DNA of 64,000 bases from Erysipelotrichaceae bacterium. Lineage in GTDB: Bacteria; Bacillota_I; Bacilli_A; RFN20; CAG-826. A program made the translations under genes and the position numbers. The stretch is from the NCBI GenBank assembly GCA_034932745.1, contig JAYFOJ010000002.1, positions 219,694 through 283,693 on the forward strand, in the 5' to 3' direction. How positions within the stretch are numbered: the stretch's first letter is position 1; every line of letters begins with the position of its first letter. The notes beneath the pieces were generated by a model that made no database searches, had not been told where the DNA came from, and saw only the letters and a list, made by a program, of their open reading frames with translations. This document shows positions 51,045 to 61,987 of the stretch, in pieces.

Positions 51045-52268
51045 TTATTCGTCCTTTGAATGTTCGTCTTCTTCGTCGTTCATTTCAATCTGCGCACTGC
51101 TTCCAGCGATGCGTGTGAAATTAGTATTGATGCGACTAACGCGATTATCGAGAATTCCCTTGCCCTCTGTTGCCCTAGTTAAATTAGTCGAGAATTTATC
51201 CCATTCGCGACCGAACATTTCGAAATCTTTACCAAGACGTTTCAATTGTTTATTAATCTCTTCGATTTTTTCGCTTCTTTCGTAATTTATGCGAAGCATT
51301 TTTAAAGTTGCAAGGATGGGTTGAAGAGTGCTTGGAGAGGTAATCACAACATCAGATTGACGGGCGTATTCCACTACTTCTGGACAATCGTGATGGATAA
51401 AAGCAAAAACACCATCATTTGGAATAAACATTATTGCTTGTGGTTCGGTTTTATTACTAATAATGTATTTCTTTTTTATATCAGTGATATGTTTCTTAAC
51501 TGCATTTGCAAAATCTTTGCGGACTTTTTCTTTTTCGACATCCGTCTTTGCATCTTGCATTTTAGAATAATCGCTAAATGGGAATTTGGAATCGATACAA
51601 ATGTAATACTTCCCTTTGGTGTAGACAATTGCGTCTGCTCTTACATCTTCTCCACCGTCTTTACTTTCACGAATTGTAAATTGTTCTTCAAATAAGCCGG
51701 TCGTGGTACCGAAAACATTGTTAAGAATTGAAGATAGTTGAAGTTCTCCGTATTGGCCTCTAGTTTGATTGCCTTCTAAAACTTGTTTTAATGATGTGAC
51801 ATCGCTAGATAAGACCGCTAATGATTTTTGAGCATCGTCGATCTTCTGAATTCTTTCTCTTAAATCGCTCATCGTCTGATTGGTTTTGGTATATCCTTCA
51901 GACAATTTTTCTTCGACTTTCTTATTAATTTCAGAAAGTTTCTCGTCGACTTGCTTATTAAGCGACAAGAATTTGTCTTCCATTTGTTTGTTAATACTAA
52001 TTTGGAATTTATCTAACTTCTCATTAGAGAGTTCATTATTCGTTCTTCCTTGGGTAATGATTTCATTCATCGATTTAGTCATTGCTAGTTCAATATCTTT
52101 ATTAATCGTTTGTGAAAGTTGCTCGACCTTTGTTTCAATCGATCCAATTTCTTTAATGCTCTCATTATCGAAAGTTTTGTTACTTGGCTTTTTAAGCAAA
52201 ACAATCAATATTAAAACGATCAACGCAATCAAGCTAGCGGACGCTAATACTATTAAAGCGATATCCAT
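51045..52268 (-). CDS. rmuC: DNA recombination protein RmuC
   Basis: N-terminal TM, long coiled coil, C-terminal RmuC domain (..IMFIPNDGVFAFI..). Confidence 0.8.
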   Translation of the reverse strand: MDIALIVLASASLIALIVLILIVLLKKPSNKTFDNESIKEIGSIETKVEQLSQTINKDIELAMTKSMNEIITQGRTNNELSNEKLDKFQISINKQMEDKFLSLNKQVDEKLSEINKKVEEKLSEGYTKTNQTMSDLRERIQKIDDAQKSLAVLSSDVTSLKQVLEGNQTRGQYGELQLSSILNNVFGTTTGLFEEQFTIRESKDGGEDVRADAIVYTKGKYYICIDSKFPFSDYSKMQDAKTDVEKEKVRKDFANAVKKHITDIKKKYIISNKTEPQAIMFIPNDGVFAFIHHDCPEVVEYARQSDVVITSPSTLQPILATLKMLRINYERSEKIEEINKQLKRLGKDFEMFGREWDKFSTNLTRATEGKGILDNRVSRINTNFTRIAGSSAQIEMNDEEDEHSKDE

Positions 52269-52426
52269 AAAATGCCTCCTAGATTAAGATAAGTCCTTAC
52301 TATTTTATCACAACAAAACAGTCTAATAGATTACAAATATGCTCCGATATTTATTAAATCCAATAAAACCAATTATTTATTGATAAATATATTGAGCGCA
52401 TTCATATCTAACTGCTCAACAAGTTC

Positions 52427-53011
52427 TTGCAAGTGAAATGTGCTAGAAGTAAGAATATACTATTACTAGCCATGAACCTAGCAACACTCAAAAAAGCAAT
52501 GCTATCACTTAAAGGTGGCGATATCTCCGCGCTCGAAACGATTTATGAAGAAACGAGACGTGGAGTTTTTACGTTCGTGCTTCCAATCGTTAACAATTAT
52601 CAAGAAGCAGAAGACATCATGCAGTCGACATATGTTCGTTTATACGAAAACATTGCTCAGTACGATGAAAACAAAAACCCTCTTAACTGGATTCTAACCA
52701 TTGCGAAGAATTTGGCATTGACGGATCTAGTCAAAACAAAAAGGGAAACGGCATGTGACTTCAATGACGAAATTCATACAAATGATATCTTCACAAACAT
52801 GCCTGAGATTGACACTCCAATTATCGATCTCGCAAATAAGGTTCTCACAGAGGAAGAATTTCACATCGTTATGCTTTACGTAATTGGAGAATACAAACAT
52901 CGCGAAATTGCTGAAATCCTATCCATTCCTTTAGGAACTGTGACATGGAAGTATAACAACGCGCTGAAGAAACTCAAGATTGAAATTAAAAAGAAAGGTT
53001 TGGAAAAATGA
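52427..53011 (+). CDS. ECF-type RNA polymerase sigma-70 factor
   Basis: Region 2 (..YENIAQYDENKNPLNWILTIAKNLALTDLVK..) and region 4 HTH (..EEFHIVMLYVIGEYKHREIAEILSIPLGTVTWKYNNALKKLK). The true start is possibly the internal Met at 52472. Confidence 0.8.
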   Translation: MQVKCARSKNILLLAMNLATLKKAMLSLKGGDISALETIYEETRRGVFTFVLPIVNNYQEAEDIMQSTYVRLYENIAQYDENKNPLNWILTIAKNLALTDLVKTKRETACDFNDEIHTNDIFTNMPEIDTPIIDLANKVLTEEEFHIVMLYVIGEYKHREIAEILSIPLGTVTWKYNNALKKLKIEIKKKGLEK

Positions 53012-54666
53012 ATTCTAGAAAGATCGAAAAATTATTAAAAAATGAGGGGAAGAAAATAGTTTCTTCTTCATCTTTTAATGATGTTCAATCTAGAGTCATG
53101 CAAACCAAGAAATATATTGAACAAGAGATTAAGAAAGAAGCAGATAGTTTTGTTCCTAATGATGTTAAATCGGTCCGTTCAAAAATTGAGCCAAAGAAGA
53201 AACTATACTTCCGTTCTTTATTTACTCCAAAACTAGTTACTGCGTATTCGAGTATTATCCTTACGATTGTTCTCGCTATTACAATTCCTTCAATTATCAT
53301 GAACAATAACCATCCTGGAAGTGATTCCGATAGTTCTTCGCAAATCATACCGGTTAATCCTTCTCCAACTAAGATAAGCGTTAATTCTAATGCTTATGAT
53401 AATGGAGATAGTACTTTCACCAGTGATATTAGACTTTCTTGTTCGATTGATGATACTGGTTTAACAGACACTTCTACCTACACCGCTTCTAGCGACATTT
53501 CTCGCATGATTCTTGCGTTATTAGCGAAAGATGGTCTATTAAACAATGATTTACCAAATAATTTCTTAAATAATGTAGTAAAGAAGGCTAGTAATTCTAG
53601 TTTGCTTTCATCTAACACCACCGCTATTAATATTTCTGTTGAAGGAACCGACACACAATACGTGTCTTACTTAAATCAAACAATTAAAGATGCTCTTGAA
53701 AGCACTTTACGCGATGAAGGTATTGACTGCGTTATCACAATTAATACCAACATTGCTAATCCGGAAAGTGAAAATGCAGAAATAACTGAAAAAGCGATTA
53801 AACTTCAAGAGTATGCAAAATACCTTTTTGTGATGGTAGGAAGAGATGGTGTCGAATTCCCAATTAGTAATTTCTTCCCAATCAATGACCAACAAGAATT
53901 AGTAAGTCTTGATTTCTGGATTGACTTTGTCACAAATAAATCGAGCGAATACGTCGATAAGTACATGACTTATTTTGGTGATTTCATCGACGGAATTCAA
54001 AAAGATAAAGATTTAAAATCATTTCAAAACGATCTCGATTATATTAGTAGCCTATACGAGGAACGAAAAACAGAATTAACGGAATTCGTCGATGACTACC
54101 GCTACGAAATAGATGCTCTAAAAGAAGAATATGCTTCGACATATGGAGAAGGGTTCTTAAATGATAGTGCCTACGATTCGTACGAAATAACAAAAGATAT
54201 CGATTTGACATCTCTTTCTTCTGTTTGGTGGGATAACGGTTTTATCGATTCCACAATGGACGATTTGTTAAATAGCGATTATAACTGGTGGTACGGAATT
54301 GGTCCGCATGGTCCGAAAGATAAGAATGGCGAAGGATATGGTTACGGTCTTGATCCATTTTTTAGTCAACCTTTAGTAAGATACGCGCCTGGTGATAATC
54401 CACACGATTCAGAATTAAAAGATGATATTGAAACCTATCTAACTAGTTACTACTACTTGAAGGATTTATATAAAAACAACGAGATATGGTTCTCCTTAGC
54501 GTTTGAAATCGTCAAGAAGCCAGATGTCTGTAATAATAATGGCGATCATGGAGATAAACAGCCATATAGTGGAGATGATGGTTATTATCATGGGGACGAA
54601 GACTGGAATGATTATTGGTACAACTATTGGTACAACAATCACGGAAAAGGTCATCACGGAAGTTAA
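53008..54666 (+). CDS. Putative anti-sigma factor: cytoplasmic N-terminus, single TM, large extracytoplasmic domain, His/Tyr/Trp-rich C-terminal tail
   Basis: Start overlaps the sigma-factor stop (ATGA). TM at aa ~78-98. The C-terminus reads ...NNGDHGDKQPYSGDDGYYHGDEDWNDYWYNYWYNNHGKGHHGS. Confidence 0.6.
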   Translation: MNSRKIEKLLKNEGKKIVSSSSFNDVQSRVMQTKKYIEQEIKKEADSFVPNDVKSVRSKIEPKKKLYFRSLFTPKLVTAYSSIILTIVLAITIPSIIMNNNHPGSDSDSSSQIIPVNPSPTKISVNSNAYDNGDSTFTSDIRLSCSIDDTGLTDTSTYTASSDISRMILALLAKDGLLNNDLPNNFLNNVVKKASNSSLLSSNTTAINISVEGTDTQYVSYLNQTIKDALESTLRDEGIDCVITINTNIANPESENAEITEKAIKLQEYAKYLFVMVGRDGVEFPISNFFPINDQQELVSLDFWIDFVTNKSSEYVDKYMTYFGDFIDGIQKDKDLKSFQNDLDYISSLYEERKTELTEFVDDYRYEIDALKEEYASTYGEGFLNDSAYDSYEITKDIDLTSLSSVWWDNGFIDSTMDDLLNSDYNWWYGIGPHGPKDKNGEGYGYGLDPFFSQPLVRYAPGDNPHDSELKDDIETYLTSYYYLKDLYKNNEIWFSLAFEIVKKPDVCNNNGDHGDKQPYSGDDGYYHGDEDWNDYWYNYWYNNHGKGHHGS

Positions 54667-54667
54667 T

Positions 54668-54700
54668 AAAAAAGGAAGCGACGAAACGCTTCCTTTTAAT
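54668..54700. terminator. Bidirectional rho-independent terminator
   Basis: AAAAAAGGAAGCGacgaaaCGCTTCCTTTTAATTT. Confidence 0.8.
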
Positions 54701-54713
54701 TTGTTAAATACTT

Positions 54714-55937
54714 CTAAATAGCCCAGTTTCCATCTTTGAAGATTTGAACTTTTTTGCCATCCTTGGTATAACCAACGATACTCATGTCTTTCGCACCAAT
54801 CATAAAGTCAGTGTGTATCATCGAATCATTGATACCCTTTTGTTTCAATTCCTCAAGAGTGTATTTAAACGAATCTTTAATCGATGTTCCAAATCCGCGT
54901 CCTAAGGCTACATGGCATGAAGCATTTTCGTCGAATAGAGTGTTAAAGAATAGTAGTCCTGAATTGTTGATTGGAGAATCAAATGGAACAAGTGCTACTT
55001 CTCCTAACATCGAAGCGCCTTCATCCATATGTACCATTTCTTCTAGAAGAGCTTGGCCTTTTTCGGCTTTAACTTCGCTTACTTTTCCATCTTTAAACCG
55101 AATCGAGAAATTTTCGATAAGATTTCCTTGGTAACTAAGTGGTTTAGTTGCGACTAAAAGTCCTTCGGCCTTACCTTTCATCGGAGTAATAAACGATTCT
55201 TCGCTTGGGATATTTGGATTAAAGAATCTCTTATCTTCGAGATATTCTCCACCGCCAATCCACATTGCATCTGGAATCATCCAGACCTTAAAATCGGTTC
55301 CATTTGAAGCAGTGTAATGAAGATAGTCGAGGTGTAAATCATTTAATTTCTTGCATTGCTTTGCCAAGAATTCATTATGTTCATTCCAGTTATTGACACC
55401 ATCTCCGTTAGCACGTGAAGTCATCAAAATGGCTTCCCATAATTTTTCGATTGCTTCGCGTTCTTCGAGTTTTGGGAATACTTTCTTTGCCCATTTTGCG
55501 CTTGGGACCGCAGCGATAATCCATTTGTATTTATCTTCCATCTTATCGATGTAAGGTTTAATTCTTGGATATCTTCTTTTAGCCGCTTTGGCAGATTTCT
55601 TCTGATTCATTCCTTTAAGACCATCTGGGTCTTCTGACTCGATGTAAATCATCGTTGGTAATTTCTTAACGCGATATTTCATTTTGGCTAGTTCGTAACT
55701 ATCCACTTTTGCCAATTCAGCGACAGTCTCATACTTATTAGCGATTTTGCCTAAAGGTTGATAAGACCAGTTCACTAGCACTTTCTTCGCGCCGAGTTTG
55801 TAGCATTCTTCGACGACCATTGCGACGAATTCGGGTTGATCTAAATCCGCTCTAATCCAAACTTCTTCACCTTTTTGGACATTGGCGCCTATTCTTGCAA
55901 TTAATCTTGCATAATTTTGTAAACGTAGTTGTTCCAT
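54714..55937 (-). CDS. M29-family aminopeptidase (AmpS/PepS-like)
   Basis: 407 aa MEQLRLQNYARLIARIGANVQKGEEVWIRADLDQPEFV..., aminopeptidase T/II family. Confidence 0.8.
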   Translation of the reverse strand: MEQLRLQNYARLIARIGANVQKGEEVWIRADLDQPEFVAMVVEECYKLGAKKVLVNWSYQPLGKIANKYETVAELAKVDSYELAKMKYRVKKLPTMIYIESEDPDGLKGMNQKKSAKAAKRRYPRIKPYIDKMEDKYKWIIAAVPSAKWAKKVFPKLEEREAIEKLWEAILMTSRANGDGVNNWNEHNEFLAKQCKKLNDLHLDYLHYTASNGTDFKVWMIPDAMWIGGGEYLEDKRFFNPNIPSEESFITPMKGKAEGLLVATKPLSYQGNLIENFSIRFKDGKVSEVKAEKGQALLEEMVHMDEGASMLGEVALVPFDSPINNSGLLFFNTLFDENASCHVALGRGFGTSIKDSFKYTLEELKQKGINDSMIHTDFMIGAKDMSIVGYTKDGKKVQIFKDGNWAI

Positions 55938-56032
55938 ATGTTCTCCTTTGCTTTCTACAATTCTAAACCAATCAAATGAGTTGTTAAAATGTATTTTAAT
56001 CTTATACTATTTAAGTAAGAGGTTATAACATT

Positions 56033-56692
56033 ATGAAAAATATCTTTAGAAGATATGCTTGGTTAAAACTAGTCGAAGGAATTCTTTTAGCAATTGTCGG
56101 TATCCTCGTCGCAATATTTGGCGGTATCGATCCAATTAACTTTGGAAAGGCTGTTTCGATTGTTGTAGCCGTGTTTTTATTCATCGATGGTACATTGTTC
56201 TTCGGCGCCGCTATTGCTGATGGCAAATCAAAATTCAGTGTCAACATTATTACTGGCGCAATACTCATCGCTTTCGGCGTTGTGCTTTGTTTAAATCAAT
56301 TAAGCATTAATGATTTCTTACCATATTTTATCGCCTCGGTTCTTCTTGCTATTGGCGGAGGAGAAATCATTAAAGGTATAGTTCAAATTGCTCATCGCGA
56401 AAGAGTTAGATGGATTCTTTTGAACTTTGTTATCGCGGCCGCTTCAATTGCACTTGGGGCATTATGCATTATTTTCATTAATGAAGCTGTACGAAATATT
56501 ATTTATATTATTATTGGAATCAGTATTGTTGTGGTCGCTTCTGCAGAGATTGTTTTAGCAGTACTAGCAATTAAAGAGAATATTAGAAAAGAAGAAGGCA
56601 AAACAACAGTTATAATTAATGATGTAGAAGTTACCAAAGAGAAAAAGAAAGAAATAAAACAACCAAAAAAAATCTCTCATAAAGAGAAATAA
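56033..56692 (+). CDS. DUF308/HdeD-like membrane protein with K/E-rich C-terminal tail
   Basis: 219 aa; repeated short TM hairpins; tail KEEGKTTVIINDVEVTKEKKKEIKQPKKISHKEK. Confidence 0.55.
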   Translation: MKNIFRRYAWLKLVEGILLAIVGILVAIFGGIDPINFGKAVSIVVAVFLFIDGTLFFGAAIADGKSKFSVNIITGAILIAFGVVLCLNQLSINDFLPYFIASVLLAIGGGEIIKGIVQIAHRERVRWILLNFVIAAASIALGALCIIFINEAVRNIIYIIIGISIVVVASAEIVLAVLAIKENIRKEEGKTTVIINDVEVTKEKKKEIKQPKKISHKEK

Positions 56693-56695
56693 GTA

Positions 56696-56725
56696 TTAAA
56701 GGGTTTGTAAATAACCCTTTTTTAT
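56696..56725 (+). terminator. Rho-independent terminator
   Basis: AAAGGGTTtgtaaataAACCCTTTTTTAT. Confidence 0.75.
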
Positions 56726-56778
56726 CATGCATAAAACATATATCATTGAAATACTAAGTATTTATTAGGAGGAGAAAA

Positions 56779-58304
56779 ATGAAAAATAAATTAGTCGCCG
56801 GATCTTTGCTCTATTAACCGCTTTTGCCCTAGTTGCATGTACGACACCAAATCCGAGTGAGACTGGGTCATCAGAAACTAGCCAACAAGGGGACAGTTCT
56901 TCGCACGAAGGAACTTCTAGTGAAGATAGTTCAAGTAGTAGTTCTTCAAGTTCTCAACCAGTGGGAAACTGGACATCTGCTCAACAAGCAATTATGACCA
57001 CTCATTTAGGTGGACATGTTTTGCCTTACATGACGATTAGCGGCGCCACTGTTACTTGGTATGAAGACTATCAATGTGTATCAATTGAATCTGCATCCGG
57101 TACAGAAGCAAACACGACCGCGTATCGTCAATTATTAACCACTAGTGGTTATACATTTGAATATGACGACACATACGATTTATGGCAAGGAACAATTACT
57201 TTTGATAATTTCGATCAAATAATCGTTCAAATCTATTTTGATTCTGGCTTCTTCTGCGATGCATATTTCCAACCAGCTGAAACTAGTTGGCCTACTTCGA
57301 CAATAAGCGGATTATTAGGCGAAACCACTAACACCGTCCCGGCCTATCAATCGTCATACTACTATGTATACGATAATTCAGCTGATTCGGGATATGTTAT
57401 TATCGTCGCTTTAAATCAAGTTGCAGCATCTGAGGAAGCTTATACTAATACTCTTACCGCTGCTGGATGGTCTGTATTTAACCAAAAGTATGCAACGACA
57501 GGTTTAATTGCAAGAGATCCTGCTAACCAAATCGAAATCAATTTCTATTTCACTAATAACACTCTTGAGATTTATGTGTTTGCGGCAGTTGGAACCTATT
57601 CCACATCGTGGCCAAGTAATGAGATTAATACATTCTTAGCAGATTCAAATAGTGAAGCTGTAATTCCATCATTCACTTCTAGTTTATTCTTATCAGGAAA
57701 AGCAAATTTCAATGATGAGAATAACGTTGCAAGAGAGTGGTTCTACATTTCTATTATGGGTGCAGACATGACAATCGCTAATACCGAAGATGTCTATAAA
57801 ACTTCGTTGATCAGTAATGGTTTTGTCATCGACGATAGTAAGTACGCCACTGAAGGATACTACGCAACATCAGCGGACGAAAAGATTTATATCAACTTCG
57901 TTTTCGACGCTAATAACAATCAATTTATGATTTATATCATCGAATTGAATAAACTACTTGGAATTAAGGAAACTACGACATGGCCAGCGGAAGACATTGC
58001 TACCTTTGTAAATAATAGTGCAATCGTTGTTCCGGAAGCGACAAGCGACAGTTACAAAACAATAGTTAACAATGAAGCAGTGGTTGTAAGCGTAAGAGAA
58101 TTGAATATACAAAATGCCTTAACAAACTATTCTATCGCTCTAACTAATGCTGGATGGACTATCGATACTACTGGTGATCACCCTATCTACATTAACGCCG
58201 GAGTCGATGATTCACAGATACAAATCACGATATCGACTTCCCAACTTAATGAAACCGCTCCTACATATCTTGTTATTACAATGAAAAGTACGTCGCGCCA
58301 TTAG
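56779..58304 (+). pseudogene. Lipoprotein gene (family B, multi-repeat paralog of 58859..59632) disrupted by a 1-nt frameshift in the signal-peptide region
   Basis: ATG at 56779 with RBS TAGGAGGAG gives MKNKLVAGSLLY then a stop (56815). The downstream frame reads ..LLTAFALVACTTPNPSETGSSETSQQGDSSS..QPVGNW... and continues as the 56961..58304 ORF. Nucleotide alignment with the intact paralog start shows 13 versus 14 nt before ATTAACCGC, i.e. one base missing near 56806-56811. Confidence 0.5.
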
Positions 58305-58384
58305 CCGCTGGAGTATTCTCCTTTGCGGATACTGCTCAATTAACTTCCTCTAGCGCCACCACCGCCACATGGACTTCAAGAACG

Positions 58385-58702
58385 GTGACGATGACAATTG
58401 ATAAAAATACAGGGACTCTTGATGTCGGCGGAGCTGGAAGTGCATTCTTAGCCAATCCTCTTAGAGTTTACGCTGGACAAAAGATTACATTTAATTCAGG
58501 AAGTCAAACCATAACCAAAATTGAAATTACTTGTAACGGAACCACATACGCTACAGCCTTGGCTGGCGGAACATGGACTGGCGGTACTGCTACCGCAAGC
58601 GGAACAACCGTTACTGTTAACGTTTCTGGCAGTATCAATAGTGTTTCAGTCGTATTAGCGGCACAAACAAGACTTACCGGTGCTAAAGTAACAATGGCTT
58701 AA
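58385..58702 (+). CDS. Small Thr/Gly-rich beta-rich ORF; possibly the displaced C-terminal domain of the upstream lipoprotein (second frameshift) or an independent small gene
   Basis: Its frame is open from 58253, overlapping the last 17 codons of the upstream ORF. The RBS for an independent start is weak. Confidence 0.3.
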   Translation: MTMTIDKNTGTLDVGGAGSAFLANPLRVYAGQKITFNSGSQTITKIEITCNGTTYATALAGGTWTGGTATASGTTVTVNVSGSINSVSVVLAAQTRLTGAKVTMA

Positions 58703-58731
58703 TAAACCGAAACCACTAAACCAACATTTCA

Positions 58732-58768
58732 AAAGAAACTCTAGTAAATAGGGTTTCTTTTTATTTAA
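58732..58768 (+). terminator. Rho-independent terminator
   Basis: AAAAGAAACTCtagtaaataGGGTTTCTTTTTATTT. Confidence 0.7.
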
Positions 58769-58858
58769 TCAGTAACGTTTAAAACAAAAATCACTAGGCA
58801 TAAAGGCAATAATACTATATTATTCACCTATAATTATCATGGAATTGGAGGATAAATT

Positions 58859-59632
58859 ATGAAAAACAAAATAGTCGCTGGTGGATTAGCCATATTAACC
58901 GCCTTTGCGCTAATGGCTTGCGGTACAAACAATCCTGGTGATGGCAATAGCGCAGACACCGAAACAAGTGAATCAGTAGCACCAGTACAAGAAGCGTGGA
59001 CTGATGAGCAAAAACAAATCATGCAAGATCATCTAGATGGCAACATTTTGCCATTCATGGCGATTCCAGGCATGAATGTCCAATGGTATGAAGAATACGG
59101 TTGCGTTTCAATCGAAGCGACAGAAGGCAACGATACGCTAATCACTGGTTACAAGGATTTACTAGTTGCAGATGGATTCACAATGGCTTTTGATAGCGAC
59201 CAGTCGTCATGGGGTGGTTCAAAAGATTTAGGAAGCTATAAAATGCTATCCGCGTCTATTTATGCCGCTGATACAATGGGTTTCGTTTGCGATGTTTACT
59301 TAGATGTACCAGTCCAAAACTGGCCAACAGATTTAATCGCAACTTTCCTAGGCACTGGTGCCGCCACTGTTCCAGCACATCAAGCAGACAATTATTATAT
59401 TTATGATTTATCAGCATCTTACGGCTGCTTTGAAGTCGTTGCATTAGGACAAGCAACTGGCGCTGATACAGCTTACGGCACAACATTGACCAATGCTGGT
59501 TGGACAGTCGACACAACTTACTTAGCAGACTATGATGTTTACGTTGCCACTGACGCTAATCAAACAGTAAAAGTCGATTACTACTTAAACGGTACGGCAT
59601 TAGTTATCGATATCTATTCTTTAGCAGAATAA
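58859..59632 (+). CDS. Lipoprotein (family B, single-domain intact paralog)
   Basis: MKNKIVAGGLAILTAFALMACGT lipobox. The domain WTDEQKQIMQDHLDGNILPFMAIPGMNVQWYEEYGCVSIEA.. is homologous to repeats in 56961..58304. RBS GGAGG. Confidence 0.75.
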   Translation: MKNKIVAGGLAILTAFALMACGTNNPGDGNSADTETSESVAPVQEAWTDEQKQIMQDHLDGNILPFMAIPGMNVQWYEEYGCVSIEATEGNDTLITGYKDLLVADGFTMAFDSDQSSWGGSKDLGSYKMLSASIYAADTMGFVCDVYLDVPVQNWPTDLIATFLGTGAATVPAHQADNYYIYDLSASYGCFEVVALGQATGADTAYGTTLTNAGWTVDTTYLADYDVYVATDANQTVKVDYYLNGTALVIDIYSLAE

Positions 59633-59644
59633 TTTTAAAACAAA

Positions 59645-59682
59645 AAGAAAAGAAACATCGGTTGATGTTTCTTTTTTATTTG
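59645..59682. terminator. Bidirectional rho-independent terminator
   Basis: AAAAGAAAAGAAACATCggttGATGTTTCTTTTTTATTT. Confidence 0.8.
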
Positions 59683-59686
59683 TCTA

Positions 59687-59929
59687 TTAAGCAGCTGTTT
59701 TAGTTAATACTTGAATCAAGATTGCAATTACGAAGAAGATGATTGCCATTATATAAGTGAGAACGGAAACAACTTTTTCAGCGCCTCTTTCTTTTGTTTT
59801 AACGAAGACGTTGAGGCCTCCTCCGGTAATAGCGCCAGAAGCACCTTCAGTCTTTCCGCCTTGAAGAAGACATAAGACGATAATGATGATCGAGAGAACC
59901 ATGAATATGTAATCGTACCAGTTTAACAT
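59687..59929 (-). CDS. secG: Preprotein translocase subunit SecG
   Basis: 80 aa, two TM helices flanking LLQGGKTEGASGAITGGG, the SecG Gly-rich loop. Confidence 0.75.
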   Translation of the reverse strand: MLNWYDYIFMVLSIIIIVLCLLQGGKTEGASGAITGGGLNVFVKTKERGAEKVVSVLTYIMAIIFFVIAILIQVLTKTAA

Positions 59930-60001
59930 CGTTAATCCCCTTCCTTGGTTTCGCTTTTATATGATATATAAGATAACTTAATAACGCAAATAAATTTTAC
60001 C

Positions 60002-61987
60002 CTAGCCATTAATTGACGCTCTCATTTCTAAAACAATATCACGAATCTCTGCTGCTCTTTCAAAATCATATTTCTTTGCAGCTTCTCGCATTTCTTTTTC
60101 GAGTTCCTTAATCTTTGCTTCGATTTGCGATCTAGAACCTTTCTTTGACAAATCAATCATTTCGTTTATATCGCTTTCGCTATTGTGAATTGGAGGTCTT
60201 ATCTCTTTAATAATTGTACGAGGGACAATGCCATTAACTTTGTTGTAATCATCTTGAATTTTTCTTCGACGATTAGTTTCACTAATAGCCTCTTTCATCG
60301 AATCGGTCATCCTATCAGCGTACATTATGACTTTCCCGTGTTCATTTCTTGCGGCGCGACCGATAACTTGAATTAACGACCTAGTGCTTCTTAAAAATCC
60401 TTCTTTGTCGGCGTCTAAAATACAAATCAGTGACACCTCTGGAATATCCAATCCTTCTCTTAACAAATTAATACCAATCAAGATATCGTATTTACCTTTT
60501 CTCAATTGATAAATAACTTCTCCTCTTTCGAGGGTTTTGGTTTCGTTATGCAAATAGGCAACTTTAAAGCCTCTTTCTTTTAGAAAGTTCGTTAAATCCT
60601 CTGCCATTTTAATCGTTAGAGTAATAATCATTACTCTTTCGTTAACCGCAGTTCTTTTATTTATTTCAGAAATAATATCGTCGATTTGACCAAATGTTTT
60701 TCTTACCTCAACCTCTGGATCTAATAGACCAGTTGGTCTAATAATTTGCTCTGCAAAACGATGCTCTGCTCTTTCTAATTCATAATCGCCCGGAGTAGCA
60801 GAAGTACAAATAGTTTGAGGCATTTTTTCTTCAAATTCGGCGAAGTTCAGTGGTCTATTATCTAGAGCTGACGGCAATCTAAAGCCATACTCGACTAGAT
60901 TGATTTTACGGGCACGATCTCCGTTAAACATTCCCTTGATTTGCGGGAAAGTAGCATGTGATTCATCGATAAATAAAAGAAAATCATCTGGAAAATAATC
61001 CAAAAGACAAAACGGCCTTTCGCCTGGCTTTCTTTTATCTATGTGACGAGAATAGTTTTCAATTCCAGGACACATACCAAACTCTTGCATCGACTCCATG
61101 TCTTGGTTAGTTCTCATTTCTAGACGTTCTGCCTCGAGAAGTTTTCCTTCTTTGCGGAAGAAATCTAATCTTTGCACCAATTCTTCTTTAATCGTTTTGC
61201 ATGCTTCTTTTATACGCTCATGAGTTGAAGCATGATCGTAAGCAGGAAAAATTGGATATGTATGGAACGACCTTTTCACTTCTCCTGTTAAAATATCGAC
61301 CGCATGTATCTTCTCTATCTCGTCTCCGAATGTGTCTATTCTGATGCATATATCGAGCATCCCTGTTGCTGGAACGAGCTCAATAATATCTCCATGGACA
61401 CGGAATGTTCCAGGAGCTAGTTCGAGGTTATTTCTCTTATATTGAGCATCGACTAAAGACTTAAAAAACTGTTTTCTATCAATTGTTTCCCCGACTCGAA
61501 TGTTAAATACTAAATTCTTATATTCATCAGGATCAGTGAGGCCATAAATGGAGGCAACTGAGCCAACAATAATAGTGTCTCGTCTTTCTAAGACAGAATT
61601 AATGGCTGATGTTCTTAACATTTCAATTTCTTCATTCATGACAGCGCTTTTATCGATGTAAGTATCAGATTTTGGTAGATAAGCTTCTGGTTGATAAAAA
61701 TCGAAGTTAGAAACGAAATACTCCACTCGATTATTCGGAAATAGTTCCTTGAACTCAGAATAAAGCTGCCCCGCTAAAGTTTTATTGTGTACCAATACCA
61801 GCGTTGGTCTTTGCACTCTTTCTATTACGTTAGCCATAGCAAAAGTTTTGCCGGTTCCAGTAGCTCCTAAAAGAACTTGAACCTTTTTACCAGTTTTAAT
61901 CCCTTCGACCAATTCTTCAATTGCTTGAGGTTGATCTCCAGTTGGTTTATAAGGTGAAACTATTTTAAAAAGATTATCATTTTCCAT
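60002..61987 (-). CDS. uvrB: Excinuclease ABC subunit B
   Basis: 661 aa; GATGTGKTF Walker A, helicase motifs, C-terminal UVR domain (..[15 protein letters not shown]). Confidence 0.95.
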   Translation of the reverse strand: MENDNLFKIVSPYKPTGDQPQAIEELVEGIKTGKKVQVLLGATGTGKTFAMANVIERVQRPTLVLVHNKTLAGQLYSEFKELFPNNRVEYFVSNFDFYQPEAYLPKSDTYIDKSAVMNEEIEMLRTSAINSVLERRDTIIVGSVASIYGLTDPDEYKNLVFNIRVGETIDRKQFFKSLVDAQYKRNNLELAPGTFRVHGDIIELVPATGMLDICIRIDTFGDEIEKIHAVDILTGEVKRSFHTYPIFPAYDHASTHERIKEACKTIKEELVQRLDFFRKEGKLLEAERLEMRTNQDMESMQEFGMCPGIENYSRHIDKRKPGERPFCLLDYFPDDFLLFIDESHATFPQIKGMFNGDRARKINLVEYGFRLPSALDNRPLNFAEFEEKMPQTICTSATPGDYELERAEHRFAEQIIRPTGLLDPEVEVRKTFGQIDDIISEINKRTAVNERVMIITLTIKMAEDLTNFLKERGFKVAYLHNETKTLERGEVIYQLRKGKYDILIGINLLREGLDIPEVSLICILDADKEGFLRSTRSLIQVIGRAARNEHGKVIMYADRMTDSMKEAISETNRRRKIQDDYNKVNGIVPRTIIKEIRPPIHNSESDINEMIDLSKKGSRSQIEAKIKELEKEMREAAKKYDFERAAEIRDIVLEMRASING

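Noticed and set aside
58253-58390. Treating 56961..58702 as one continuous gene
   Set aside because: The frame-0 ORF ends at a position that coincides with the natural end of the repeated domain (by comparison with the 58859 paralog), so the stop at 58302-58304 may be genuine. The downstream open frame is kept as a separate low-confidence ORF and flagged in the findings.
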